Shown: positions 36,269 through 44,337, counted from the stretch's first letter. The stretch: DNA of 52,466 bases from a virus (IMGVR_UViG_3300021976_000020:1-52466); one strand, 5' to 3'. Notes: generated from the sequence alone by a model not told the origin. Made by a program: numbers and translations.

Positions 36269-36563
36269 CGGGGAGACGACCTTCCATCACCACGGTGACT
36301 TCACTGGCAAGGTTAGGATCATCATTCCGTCAGCCGGTAGCAACTACGAGCTGCGTCACAATGATCATACGGTAACGTTCGAAGTCCCGTACAGGGATCT
36401 CGAAGTGCTAGTACTGACGAAGATCCAGCGTGACCTGGTCGAGGAAATCGAGGGCATCGACATTGCCACCCCTAGGGGCGTCGAACGCATACTCACCTTC
36501 ATGAATGCGGCTATGGTAGCTCAGCAAAACTCCACACGGCTCGGGCCAGGTGGGCAAAGGTAA
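36252..36563 (+). CDS. hypothetical protein
   Basis: GGAGG RBS; FHHHGDFTGKV motif. Confidence 0.65.
   Translation: MHTLRSGETTFHHHGDFTGKVRIIIPSAGSNYELRHNDHTVTFEVPYRDLEVLVLTKIQRDLVEEIEGIDIATPRGVERILTFMNAAMVAQQNSTRLGPGGQR
36529..36539 (+). promoter_or_regulatory. ACTCCACACGG motif copy
   Basis: Exact; 10 nt before next start. Confidence 0.75.
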
Positions 36564-37350
36564 GACCCGATACATTCTCGAGGGAGGAATGGACGGTATG
36601 GTAAGAGGTAGGAAGGTAACAAACACTAACGAGCTTCTGGCTCGTAAGGTGAAGTGCCCTGTCTGTGCGGTGGGCGTAGGAGAGCCTTGCCGAACTAGTA
36701 GGGGCATGCGCAGGGGTCACCACGTGGAGCGCTACAACGCGGCCGTGCGGCTCGCCGACCTCGCGACAAAGCCGCGGGGGCGGAAGTACGACACCGCCAA
36801 AGAGGCGAAGGTCCGTAAGGTCGTGTGCCCGAAGTGTAAGGCGGGCAACGGCGATCAGTGCACCACCTACAGCGGTCGCAAGATGGGCTTCAGTCACACG
36901 GAGCGCTACGAGAAGTTCGATGAGCTGGTGTCTGAGGCCAGAGTCGAGAATGGTCTCGAGGTGAAGGCGGAAGCTACGCCCGAGGTGAAGGCGGAGTCGG
37001 ATACCCCGGCCGTCGATTGGTCGTGGGATTCGTTGCAGGATGCGGAAGCGCAGGTGAATGCTGCCACGAAGCAGTGGACGAGCGACAAGTCGTACGTTAT
37101 CGATAACCTCCCAGGCATCCAGGAGGAGATCAAGAGGAATACCATCCAGCACCTGGACAACATGATCGAGGATTCGAACAAGATCGTCAAGGCCGCCCTC
37201 GGTGGCTCCACTGAGGAGGTCTTGGCCCGCAAGGAGCAGATCAAGATGATCACCGACGCCTTCTGGATGCTGTACAACCTGGAAGGTACTGAGTGGTTCA
37301 TCAATCGTATCGCCGAGATGATCGTCGATGGGGAGGACTGGCTAGGCTGA
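36550..37350 (+). CDS. tandem zinc-finger protein (two CPxC-A-x2-G-x2-C...H-x-ER repeats)
   Basis: VKCPVCAVGVGEPCRT...HVERY and VVCPKCKAGNGDQCTT...HTERY. Confidence 0.75.
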   Translation: MGKGKTRYILEGGMDGMVRGRKVTNTNELLARKVKCPVCAVGVGEPCRTSRGMRRGHHVERYNAAVRLADLATKPRGRKYDTAKEAKVRKVVCPKCKAGNGDQCTTYSGRKMGFSHTERYEKFDELVSEARVENGLEVKAEATPEVKAESDTPAVDWSWDSLQDAEAQVNAATKQWTSDKSYVIDNLPGIQEEIKRNTIQHLDNMIEDSNKIVKAALGGSTEEVLARKEQIKMITDAFWMLYNLEGTEWFINRIAEMIVDGEDWLG

Positions 37351-37404
37351 TGGATGTCGTCCGCGAGAAAACTGAATAGCACGGAGCGGGCGAGAGCCCG
37401 TCTT

Positions 37405-37485
37405 GGGCGGGAACCTTGTACAACGATCGACGGATCAGTACAACGGTACACACGGCATCTGCAGGTTCGAGTCCTGCCCCGCCCT
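37405..37485 (+). ncRNA. tRNA-like RNA 2 (long hairpin replaces D/anticodon arms)
   Basis: Acceptor GGGCGGG/CCCGCCC, T arm GCAGG-TTCGAGT-CCTGC, internal TTGTAC..GATC-GACG-GATC..GTACAA hairpin. Confidence 0.7.
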
Positions 37486-37523
37486 CGTAAACGGGGAGGC
37501 ATCCGTCGCAAAAGGGAGACTCT

Positions 37524-37763
37524 ATGGCAACTGTAGCAACATGGTCCCGCAAAGAACTAGTGGGATCAGACATCGGAATGGTCGTTCGTGACCTCCGACG
37601 CAAACGTGCGATATCGCCACGTGTACTAGCCGAGTTAGCTGGCGTAACACACAACACCGTATACGACTTGGAGAACGGGCGTAACGTCATGGTCTCCTCG
37701 TTGGTAGCCATCCTGGCTGCGCTCAACTACGATCTGACCGTACAGAAGAAGGCGAACACGTAG
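37524..37763 (+). CDS. XRE-family helix-turn-helix protein
   Basis: VRDLRRKRAISPRVLAELAGVTHNTVYDLENGR. Confidence 0.88.
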   Translation: MATVATWSRKELVGSDIGMVVRDLRRKRAISPRVLAELAGVTHNTVYDLENGRNVMVSSLVAILAALNYDLTVQKKANT

Positions 37764-37770
37764 ACAAAAG

Positions 37771-37781
37771 CCGTGTGGAGT
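37771..37781 (-). promoter_or_regulatory. ACTCCACACGG motif copy
   Basis: Exact, intergenic. Confidence 0.8.
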
Positions 37782-37826
37782 TCTGACTGAGCTTCGAGCG
37801 GTTGTTAAACAAGGACTGGAGGAGAT

Positions 37827-38073
37827 GTGCGCACTATCAGTAATGGAGAAGGCGTGGAGATGTCGTTTCGGGTAACTGCAACGCAGCCAATGCCGAAGTC
37901 CAACCTCAGTTACGGCCGAGAGTGGCTGGAGGCCGAGGAGGATGCCGAAAGCTTGGACGACGCCATCGAGATCATCCGCCGGAGAGGTAGAGCCGTACGG
38001 CCACGGCGAGGTAGCATTCCACATCACCGCCACCCCGAAGAACCTGGAGGTCGTAAACCTAACTGAGCGGTAA
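37827..38073 (+). pseudogene. hypothetical gene with possible 1-nt frameshift near 37983
   Basis: ...DDAIEIIRR continues more plausibly as EVEPYGHGEVAFHITATPKNLEVVNLTER* in the +1 frame. Confidence 0.35.
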
Positions 38074-38136
38074 AAAGATCTTGAAAGAAATTCGCTTGCC
38101 ACCCTTGCTTTTCACTTTAGGCTGCTGTATAATTAA
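38073..38136 (+). promoter_or_regulatory. promoter TTGCTT-N17-TATAAT with AAAAGATCTTG box
   Basis: Consensus-like hexamers. Confidence 0.75.
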
Positions 38137-38183
38137 TCCAGAAGCGCAAGACAAACAACTACCCCAGAGGGAAGGGTACAGAA

Positions 38184-38819
38184 ATGTCAGAGCACGAGTA
38201 CAAAGAGCCAAACTTCGAGGACAACTCGCACAGCGAGGGCGACCACCCGGCCTTCGAGGGTCAGGCAGAGCCGGCCGACGAGATCGACTTCAACGTCGAC
38301 CCGGATGCCCCGGACGTGGATCCCGACGTGGAGATCGGCGCGGCGGACGATGAAGACGCCGAGGTCGTGCCGCCGCAGGGCAGCGACAAGGCGCCGACGG
38401 ACCCGAAGGCTGCGAAGGCGAAGAAGGAGTCCACCAGGCCGCCGGTGCCCGAAGGCTTCATCAGCCCGGTCCAGTTCGCAAAGCTCCTGGGTGAGCACCT
38501 GACCGCCAAGGCTCGTGAGACCAACCCCGAGGCCGAGGCCATCGAGGTGCGTCCGCAGGTCGTGTACAGCTACATCAAGAACAACGACGCCAGCAGCAAG
38601 AACCCCTTCCCGTGCCGCACCGACGTGCCGGGTCGCGCGATCGTCCTGAAGGCCGACGAGGGCCTGGCCTGGTGGGACGAGAAGAACGCTCGGGTCGCCA
38701 AGAGCAAGGCGGACCGTGCAGCTGCTGCCGCCGCGAAGGCCAAGAAGGCCGAAACCTCCCCGCAGGCCGCTGCCGAGACCGGCGAGGTCGCGACGGGTCA
38801 GGTCGAAGAGGTCGAGTAA
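38184..38819 (+). CDS. putative DNA-binding protein, acidic N-tail and Ala/Lys C-tail
   Basis: ISPVQFAKLL...VRPQVVYSYIK HTH-like; strong codon bias; own promoter and terminator. Confidence 0.75.
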   Translation: MSEHEYKEPNFEDNSHSEGDHPAFEGQAEPADEIDFNVDPDAPDVDPDVEIGAADDEDAEVVPPQGSDKAPTDPKAAKAKKESTRPPVPEGFISPVQFAKLLGEHLTAKARETNPEAEAIEVRPQVVYSYIKNNDASSKNPFPCRTDVPGRAIVLKADEGLAWWDEKNARVAKSKADRAAAAAAKAKKAETSPQAAAETGEVATGQVEEVE

Positions 38820-38851
38820 CAAGCTCCTATGCTGCGAGCATAGGAAAAGGG

Positions 38852-38890
38852 GAAAGGTCGTCCACCACCGCAGGCTGGGCGACCTTTCTT
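38852..38890 (+). terminator. intrinsic terminator
   Basis: GAAAGGTCGTCCA / TGGGCGACCTTTC then TT. Confidence 0.7.
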
Positions 38891-38926
38891 CTGCACCATT
38901 GTTACTACAATATCCACAAGTGTAAC

Positions 38927-38958
38927 CCGTGATTTACCCCTTGGTTCACCGGTATAAT
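38927..38958 (+). promoter_or_regulatory. promoter CCGTGATTT-N17-TATAAT
   Basis: Shares CCGTGATTT box with the late promoters. Confidence 0.55.
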
Positions 38959-38971
38959 AGAAGGTAGAGAC

Positions 38972-39226
38972 GTGAGTGCATTAGCTGACCTCTCCGACGA
39001 CGATATCGTCGAGTGCATATCACTGATCGAGAATTGGTTCAGAGACGACCGTGAGATCGAACAGGAACGCTATACCGACCCTTCGTACCGAGATCCAGAG
39101 TCGTTCCTGCAAGACCTTGACGAGCATCCGAAGCAACGCACAGCGATGATCAGGATGCTCAACCTACTGGAGGACGAACGTGACAGACGAAAGGCCGGTG
39201 CCAGCGCAGTACGACTGGGCCCTTAA
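38972..39226 (+). CDS. hypothetical protein
   Basis: Downstream of promoter. Confidence 0.65.
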   Translation: MSALADLSDDDIVECISLIENWFRDDREIEQERYTDPSYRDPESFLQDLDEHPKQRTAMIRMLNLLEDERDRRKAGASAVRLGP

Positions 39227-39632
39227 GGTATGGGAGGCGATGCGGGACGCGGCCACTCCTGAGCAGATGGAAGGGGAAGACGCGCCTGTTCTGGTTTACC
39301 AGGGGCATCTGACGAACCTGTTCCAGCAGTTCAAGGTGCCGAATCCTTACTACAGCAAGATCACCACTGCCTTCAAGAACCAAGGCTACGCTGTACAGCT
39401 TCGCCGAGGTGGAGGAAGTGCGGAGTCTCGCTGGGCGCTCCTAAAGGAGCCAGACCCGGAGAGCTTTCGGGAGGCAGCTACCCGCAACAGAGTACGCCAG
39501 GGAAAGGTGGGCCAGCTAGAGCAGAGGGTCAATGACCTGCAGAAGCTTGCCATCTCGAGCGTGGAACGGTTGGAGCGAGTGACCCTTCGTCTCCAGGAGC
39601 GCGTCGAGGCGTTGGAACAGAAAGGAATCTGA
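39180..39632 (+). CDS. hypothetical protein (winged-helix-like plus coiled coil)
   Basis: GGAGG RBS; YQGHLT.LF...PYYS...QLRRGGG. Confidence 0.7.
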   Translation: MTDERPVPAQYDWALKVWEAMRDAATPEQMEGEDAPVLVYQGHLTNLFQQFKVPNPYYSKITTAFKNQGYAVQLRRGGGSAESRWALLKEPDPESFREAATRNRVRQGKVGQLEQRVNDLQKLAISSVERLERVTLRLQERVEALEQKGI

Positions 39633-39958
39633 TGGCATCTAGCTGGGAAGATGCAAGGCGGTGCCCTTCGGACGAGTCTCCTGGTGAGATCGTAGGGCGC
39701 CGTCCAGCGTCGAGGGAATCTGGTGCAGCGCCAGGTAGTCAGTTGGTTACGCTGCAGTGCAAGAACACACGGTGCGCGTATCACGAGACGCCGTGGGTCG
39801 TGCAGATCAATCCAGACAACACCATTCCGGACCCAATCACAGATCGGGAGAAGTTCTTTCCGAAGCTGCCTGGAGGTCAACGTGCCAGAGACGTCGTGGA
39901 CATGTTGACCCGTCAGGTAGAACGGGAAACGAAACCGGGAGGTGAGATCCGCGGGTGA
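39632..39958 (+). CDS. hypothetical protein
   Basis: TGATG-coupled; CP...CKNTRC. Confidence 0.7.
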   Translation: MASSWEDARRCPSDESPGEIVGRRPASRESGAAPGSQLVTLQCKNTRCAYHETPWVVQINPDNTIPDPITDREKFFPKLPGGQRARDVVDMLTRQVERETKPGGEIRG

Positions 39959-40170
39959 AGATCTACGTCGTGTCACAAGGCAACGAGGAGTTCCATCGCA
40001 TCTCGCACGTGGATAGTGACTGGAATCGCGCTGTGAAGCACGCTGTCGAAGAGCTCAGGGTCGACGATGTAGAGCTCCGCAACAACAAGAGAGACCGAGA
40101 AGGCGTTGTAGCATGGGAGTTCTGGAGCGGCGCTACGCTTACCAGGATATCCCAGCTAGAACTTAGTTAG
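39955..40170 (+). CDS. hypothetical protein
   Basis: GTGA-coupled. Confidence 0.6.
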   Translation: MKIYVVSQGNEEFHRISHVDSDWNRAVKHAVEELRVDDVELRNNKRDREGVVAWEFWSGATLTRISQLELS

Positions 40171-40279
40171 ACTTCGAGGATCTTGAAGCCGCACTAACCG
40201 TACTAAAGCGGTAAGTCATCTAGTTAGAAGTAGGTTAGATCGGGTCTAATCAACCTTCTCTAAGCTACGAGAGCTCTAG
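40155..40279 (-). repeat. dispersed element, copy C (inverted)
   Basis: Reverse complement GATTAGAC...TTCTAACTAGATGACTT...TTAGTGCGGCTT..GATC...TCTAACTA matches copy B. Confidence 0.8.
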
Positions 40280-40300
40280 CTAGATGAGGGAAGGGACATT

Positions 40301-41794
40301 GTGCCAAAGCTGTTCGACTTCCAGCAGGTGAGCACCAAGAGGCTGGTACCTGAACGTTCGGTGCTCAACGGTGATGACATGGGCCTTGGCAAGACGGTTC
40401 AGGCCATTGCGATGGACGTGATGCGCCGCAATATGCACAACTGCGGCCTCACAGCTCAGACACTCGTAGTGACAAAGATGACGGTTATGGGGAGCTGGAA
40501 GGACCACTTCGAAGAATGGGCACCCAACCTACGGGTCTTCGTAATGAACCCGAAGAACAGACGCAAGTTCACAGCAGCTTTTCACGCGAAGGATTCCAAG
40601 GGGCTACCGCTCTACCACGTGTTCGTATGTCACTGGCCGGCCCTGAGGTTCATTACGGACGAGCTCAAATCGGTAGCATGGTTTCACGTTGTTGGCGACG
40701 AGATCCACGCGATCAAGAATCGCAAGGCCCAAGTTACGAGATCGTTCAAGGCCATGCGCCCGTACTACAGGACAGGCCTATCGGGCACATGGGCAGATAA
40801 CAACCCGGACGATGCGTGGAGTGTCCTGAACTGGCTTTGGCCGAACGTGTTCACAAACTTCACCCGCTTTAGTAACTACCACACCATCAAGGTGCAGAAG
40901 GAGACCCAAGACGGACGCAAATACAATGTCATTGCCGGGACTGCGAACGCTGAGGAGCTTCACGCCCAGATTGCGCACGGATACGTAAGGCGCACCAAGG
41001 AAGAAGTACTGGACGACCTTCCTGACAAGTACTACAGTACCGTCAAGGTTGACCTGCATACGAAGCAGAGATCCGCGTATAACCAAATGCGCGATACTAT
41101 GCTGGCCTGGGTGGGGGAGCACGAGAACGAACCGATCGCAGCACCAATGGTCATCGCAAAACTGGTGCGGTTGCAGCAGTTCGCTTGTGCCTACGGTCAA
41201 CTCGAGACGATCTACAAGACGATAGTCGACGCTGACGGGGAAAAGCAGAAGATCCCCATGCAGGTACTTCGTCTAACCGAACCCAGCTCTAAGCTGGACG
41301 CGGTGATGGAGATTATCGATGCGACATCTACACCCGTGGTGGTGTTTAGCCAAAGTAAGCAGGTCATCAACCTATTGGGTAAGAGGCTACAGGCTGAAGG
41401 TATTGCGGCCGGGATTCTTACTGGAGACACCCCAGCGAGAGATCGTAGTCAGTTGGTATCGGACTTTCAGTCGGGGCGGCTACGTGTGTTTGCGGGAACC
41501 ATCGCGGCTGGTGGTACTGGGATCACCCTTACAGCTGCTAGTACATGCATTTTCATTGACCGAGCGTGGTCGCCGTCGCAAAACCGTCAGGCTGAGGATC
41601 GCCTTCACCGTATTGGACAAAAGAATGCGGTCCACATCATTGACATTGTGGCACGAACTACCATCGACTCTGGGAGAAACAGAAAGATCGCCCTCAAGTG
41701 GGAGTGGCTCCGAGAAATGCTGGGCGACAAGGGCGAAGAGCTTCGTAAGGAAGTACACATCAACGACGTAATCCCCTCGGTAAAATTCTGGTAA
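40301..41794 (+). CDS. SNF2-family helicase
   Basis: DDMGLGKT, DEIH, LSGT, RRTK, GTGITLT, QAEDRLHRIGQ. Confidence 0.95.
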   Translation: MPKLFDFQQVSTKRLVPERSVLNGDDMGLGKTVQAIAMDVMRRNMHNCGLTAQTLVVTKMTVMGSWKDHFEEWAPNLRVFVMNPKNRRKFTAAFHAKDSKGLPLYHVFVCHWPALRFITDELKSVAWFHVVGDEIHAIKNRKAQVTRSFKAMRPYYRTGLSGTWADNNPDDAWSVLNWLWPNVFTNFTRFSNYHTIKVQKETQDGRKYNVIAGTANAEELHAQIAHGYVRRTKEEVLDDLPDKYYSTVKVDLHTKQRSAYNQMRDTMLAWVGEHENEPIAAPMVIAKLVRLQQFACAYGQLETIYKTIVDADGEKQKIPMQVLRLTEPSSKLDAVMEIIDATSTPVVVFSQSKQVINLLGKRLQAEGIAAGILTGDTPARDRSQLVSDFQSGRLRVFAGTIAAGGTGITLTAASTCIFIDRAWSPSQNRQAEDRLHRIGQKNAVHIIDIVARTTIDSGRNRKIALKWEWLREMLGDKGEELRKEVHINDVIPSVKFW

Positions 41795-41810
41795 GGAGCA
41801 CACACCCCTC

Positions 41811-42077
41811 GTGATCGCAGCAGGTAAAGGTGCCGTAGGTAAGAACTGGGCCAAACGACGTAAGTCCTCCAAACTGGGCTTCGTACCGGTCATGGAAGAC
41901 CTCAAGGGATGTCTGCACGCACTGACCTTCCACGAAGAAGTCACAGGTAAGAACGGTCGACCGAAGACCGTTAAGTACGCACTGCCCTGCCGTGCCAAGC
42001 ACACCGCCAAGATGGCCAACGGTAAGCTCCAGGTAGTAGGTGCACACAAGACCACGACAGGGGTGACCTGGCAATGA
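41811..42077 (+). CDS. basic hypothetical protein
   Basis: AAGGAG RBS. Confidence 0.6.
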   Translation: MIAAGKGAVGKNWAKRRKSSKLGFVPVMEDLKGCLHALTFHEEVTGKNGRPKTVKYALPCRAKHTAKMANGKLQVVGAHKTTTGVTWQ

Positions 42078-42319
42078 TCAAGATCGGTGACTACGAAGCA
42101 GACCGACACAGCTATCACCACCCCGACCTGGGCACCGATCTCCAGGTCATCCAGCAGCAGTCGATTAAGGCTGCGCAGGACAAGTACTACCCACACAGCT
42201 CGGTAGTTCACCACCACCTGTCGACAGAGCCTTGCAAGGTGGAGGGCTTCGACAACAAGGAACACGACAACGTTCACGAAGTCTACCCAATTATACCAAG
42301 CCAGCGGGTGGGCGACTAA
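42074..42319 (+). CDS. His-rich hypothetical protein
   Basis: ATGA-coupled. Confidence 0.65.
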   Translation: MIKIGDYEADRHSYHHPDLGTDLQVIQQQSIKAAQDKYYPHSSVVHHHLSTEPCKVEGFDNKEHDNVHEVYPIIPSQRVGD

Positions 42320-42321
42320 AA

Positions 42322-42332
42322 ACTCCACACGG
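42322..42332 (+). promoter_or_regulatory. ACTCCACACGG motif copy
   Basis: Exact, intergenic. Confidence 0.8.
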
Positions 42333-42343
42333 GCGAGGACACT

Positions 42344-42523
42344 GTGGCAGTTACGAAGAAGCCGATCCTGAAGCTTGTATCGGACAATCCAGGATTCAAG
42401 CACTGTGACGCCTGTAAGATTGAAGGCGTTCCGATGGAAATGGTTCGCAAGAGTGGTTACGACATCGTAATTTGTGTCGAGCCTGTCTCATGCAGGAGGC
42501 GGTATGAGAAGTCTTCTGATTGA
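42344..42523 (+). CDS. small Cys-containing protein
   Basis: GAGG RBS; HCDAC...CVEPVSC. Confidence 0.55.
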   Translation: MAVTKKPILKLVSDNPGFKHCDACKIEGVPMEMVRKSGYDIVICVEPVSCRRRYEKSSD

Positions 42524-42608
42524 CGCCATTGTCATCACAACCATTGCACTGATGTGTGTATTTGGCTACATACTCTGCTCTGGGATTGCCGGACAGAGTT
42601 ACCAATAG
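42504..42608 (+). CDS. small membrane peptide
   Basis: AGGAGG RBS; MRSLLIDAIVITTIALMCVFGYILCSGIAGQSYQ. Confidence 0.55.
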   Translation: MRSLLIDAIVITTIALMCVFGYILCSGIAGQSYQ

Positions 42609-42620
42609 AAGAGGAGAACC

Positions 42621-43223
42621 ATGAGGGTAAGGACTGTAGCGGTGGCGACTTCTGCCTTCGCTCTGTTGCTGCTCGGGGGAACCGCTGCTCAGGCGGCCAC
42701 CGACACAACCAAGCACGAGTCGGGCCTGATGGACTTCGGTCCCAATGGCTTCGGCGGATGGTCGTGCCCGGAAGGCACCGAGGTGGTCACCGGCGGATAC
42801 ACCTACGCCGAAGGCGCGGAACACCTCGATGTCAAGGTCGACGCCAAGATGGAGGCCGCGACCGAATACCCGCACTACACCACCAAGGCCGATGAGACCG
42901 GTTGGTACGTGCAGAACGGTGAGCAGGCGCAGAAGCTGAACGTGTGGGTCGAGTGCAAGGCCAAGGTGGAGGAGAGCCCCAGTCCTGAACCGGAGCCCAG
43001 TGAGACCGTTTCCCCAAGTCCTGACGTGACGGCTTCTCCGAGCACCTCCCCGAGTACCGCGCCGACCTCGCCCGTCCCCGGACAGGCTGGCTCGGATGAC
43101 GACCAGCCCGGCTTGCCCGTAACTGGTGCAAAGGGGAAGGTCATCCTGGCTAGTGGCGCAGGGCTCCTGCTTGCAGGGGTTGCTCTGATGTTCATCGCGC
43201 GTCGACGACGCTTTACTGCATAG
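42621..43223 (+). CDS. secreted LPXTG (LPVTG) cell-wall-anchored protein
   Basis: Signal peptide ending AQA, Pro/Ser/Thr linker, LPVTG, TM helix, RRRR tail. Confidence 0.88.
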   Translation: MRVRTVAVATSAFALLLLGGTAAQAATDTTKHESGLMDFGPNGFGGWSCPEGTEVVTGGYTYAEGAEHLDVKVDAKMEAATEYPHYTTKADETGWYVQNGEQAQKLNVWVECKAKVEESPSPEPEPSETVSPSPDVTASPSTSPSTAPTSPVPGQAGSDDDQPGLPVTGAKGKVILASGAGLLLAGVALMFIARRRRFTA

Positions 43224-43263
43224 GAATGCCCCCGACAGGATGCAAGTTCTGTCGGGGGAACAA

Positions 43264-43378
43264 GGTCCGGTAGCACGTATTGGAAAGTGCATCCATGCGC
43301 AGCCCTGCATGTACGTAGTAGTGATTAGAGATACTCGTACGGGGTGGAAGGTAGCAGGTTCGAGTCCTGCCCGGGCCA
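43264..43378 (+). ncRNA. tRNA-like RNA 3 (~47-nt structured insert in anticodon loop)
   Basis: Acceptor GGTCCGG/CCGGGCC, D arm GCAC..GTGC, stem TCCAT/GTGGA, T arm GCAGG-TTCGAGT-CCTGC. Confidence 0.8.
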
Positions 43379-43417
43379 CGTAACTAACAACACATCCCCC
43401 AAACTAAAGGAGTCGTA

Positions 43418-43834
43418 ATGAGGAAAGGCACGAAGATCGCGCTGGTAACTGTTGGTCTCGCTGCGTGTTGCGGTGGCGGCGGTACACTCGCCGTGGCAGG
43501 GCTCTCAGGGATCGCGGAGTCAGCACCTGAGACCTTCGCCCCGACGCTCGCGCCCGACAAGACCACAACCCCCAATCCTGGCACGCGTCCGAAGGTGAAC
43601 ACCGCTCCGACCATCGAGAGCGGTACGTGGACGATCAGCGTCGATGTCCCTGCGGGCACGTACAAGCTCAACCAGCCCCAAGATGGTCCCTGTTACTGGG
43701 GCATCTACAAGAGCGGGACCAACCTAGAGAGCATCATCACCAACGACATCGTGGACGGCGGACGCCCGAGTGTGACTCTGAAGAAGGGTCACGACTTCAA
43801 ATCCGACTGCGGAACCTGGACGAAGACCAAGTAA
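43418..43834 (+). CDS. putative lipoprotein
   Basis: LAACCGGG signal/lipobox; GTW.I..DVPAGTY...CYW...CGTWTK domain. Confidence 0.8.
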   Translation: MRKGTKIALVTVGLAACCGGGGTLAVAGLSGIAESAPETFAPTLAPDKTTTPNPGTRPKVNTAPTIESGTWTISVDVPAGTYKLNQPQDGPCYWGIYKSGTNLESIITNDIVDGGRPSVTLKKGHDFKSDCGTWTKTK

Positions 43835-43889
43835 TCGCAAGAAGGTGAAATGTCCATCGAACATTTCACCGTGACAACGTTTCAAAGGC

Positions 43890-43900
43890 CCGTGTGGAGT
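43890..43900 (-). promoter_or_regulatory. ACTCCACACGG motif copy
   Basis: Exact, intergenic. Confidence 0.8.
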
Positions 43901-43941
43901 ATTGCCTGAACAACTAGTCGTATTGAGGAAGGTGAATGAAT

Positions 43942-44337
43942 ATGAGTACATGGAAAGAGTCCATGGTCAAGTACATGGGCAAGGCCGTCGTCGCACGGGA
44001 ACAATTCTACAAAGGTCTGGACGAGGCGCGAGACGATTTCATCAATCGTGTTCCCGGTTCACCATACGCCAACGCTTCGACTGCGGAGGATGCGGAGTAC
44101 CAGTTCGGCAATACGCCCAAGGGCAAGCTCTTCATCAGCGACAACCGTTGGCACATGGCCCAAGCGATCATGTTCGGCGTGGCTTCCATTGCTGGCAAGA
44201 TGGGCGACATCGCCGCAGACGTACATGCAATACGACAGATGATGGAGGAAGACCGTGTCGACCACCCCTCAGATGCCGGAACCGGACGGCAGCGTAACAT
44301 TCTACTTCCACGACAGGGCTCCGGACAGGAAGGGTGA
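43942..44337 (+). CDS. hypothetical protein
   Basis: AGGTG RBS. Confidence 0.7.
   Translation: MSTWKESMVKYMGKAVVAREQFYKGLDEARDDFINRVPGSPYANASTAEDAEYQFGNTPKGKLFISDNRWHMAQAIMFGVASIAGKMGDIAADVHAIRQMMEEDRVDHPSDAGTGRQRNILLPRQGSGQEG

Noticed and set aside
37524-37763. Lysogeny module around the XRE gene
   Set aside because: No integrase, parA or attP-like arrangement was recognised, and the gene is co-oriented with early genes.
33660-43378. Calling the three tRNA-like elements ordinary tRNAs with assigned anticodons
   Set aside because: None has a 5-bp stem with a canonical 7-nt U33 loop, so no anticodon can be assigned.
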